In this document: in pieces, positions 50,850 to 51,076 of the stretch
Layout: each line of letters starts with the position of its first letter
How positions within the stretch are numbered: position 1 is the stretch's first letter
Source of the DNA: Tubiluchus corallicola
Taxonomy: Eukaryota > Animalia > Priapulida
NCBI GenBank assembly: GCA_030141605.1
Contig: JAQGDQ010001266.1
Coordinates: 1-51,076 of the forward strand
Direction of reading: 5' to 3'
Length of the DNA stretch: 51,076 bases
The notes under the pieces: generated by a model
What the model saw: only the letters and a program-made list of their open reading frames with translations
What the model was told of the DNA's origin: nothing
Databases searched by the model: none
Position numbers and translations under genes: made by a program

Positions 50850-51076
50850 TAGGCATTATGTGTATATTGTAATGTACTTTGGTAATCGTGTCGTGTCTAT
50901 GTATAATATTGTGAACGTATTGTATCTACGTATATAATTGCTTTTAATTTTAATTTTTACACGCTAATAGTTTTGTAGTTGCCTTTAACAGTGTTTTAGT
51001 ATTGAAAATATTTTTAACACTGAGGATTGTAATTTTATTGTAATCTATTTTATTGCAAGTAAAATAAAGTATATGT

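Overview
AT-rich, intron-containing, repeat-dense DNA from an animal (invertebrate-like) genome; nothing prokaryotic or CRISPR-like was seen, and most long ORF-track entries are translations of simple repeats. By reading splice sites by hand I find: (1) two + strand Ig-domain-like exons (105-299, 2011-2099), the second cut off at the edge of a ~5 kb palindrome; (2) an isolated PLK4-like kinase exon on the - strand between them (1144-1258); (3) the palindrome itself (~2090-7110), built from LINE remnants, a Helitron-like element and microsatellites, with patchy arm-to-arm divergence; (4) an insulin/IGF-like signal+B-chain exon (- strand, 8986-9151) whose A-chain exon I cannot find in the window; (5) a tandem, same-strand cluster of three small secreted-protein genes (A 17143-20014, B 39284-41673, C 49370-49975+) sharing a phase-0 intron inside the signal peptide, B and C also sharing an ungapped P-x-[VI]-GYYG-x6-P-x6-GRPAF-x-P motif that I do not recognise. 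The rest is TTAA-flanked Kolobok-like and piggyBac-like MITEs, hAT-like MITEs, LINE scraps, and minisatellites of 21, 29, 42, 52, 53, 72 and 109 bp. The best candidates for novelty are the secreted-protein cluster and the palindrome, at which two converging genes both lack their 3' parts. Coordinates were counted by eye; repeat boundaries are approximate.
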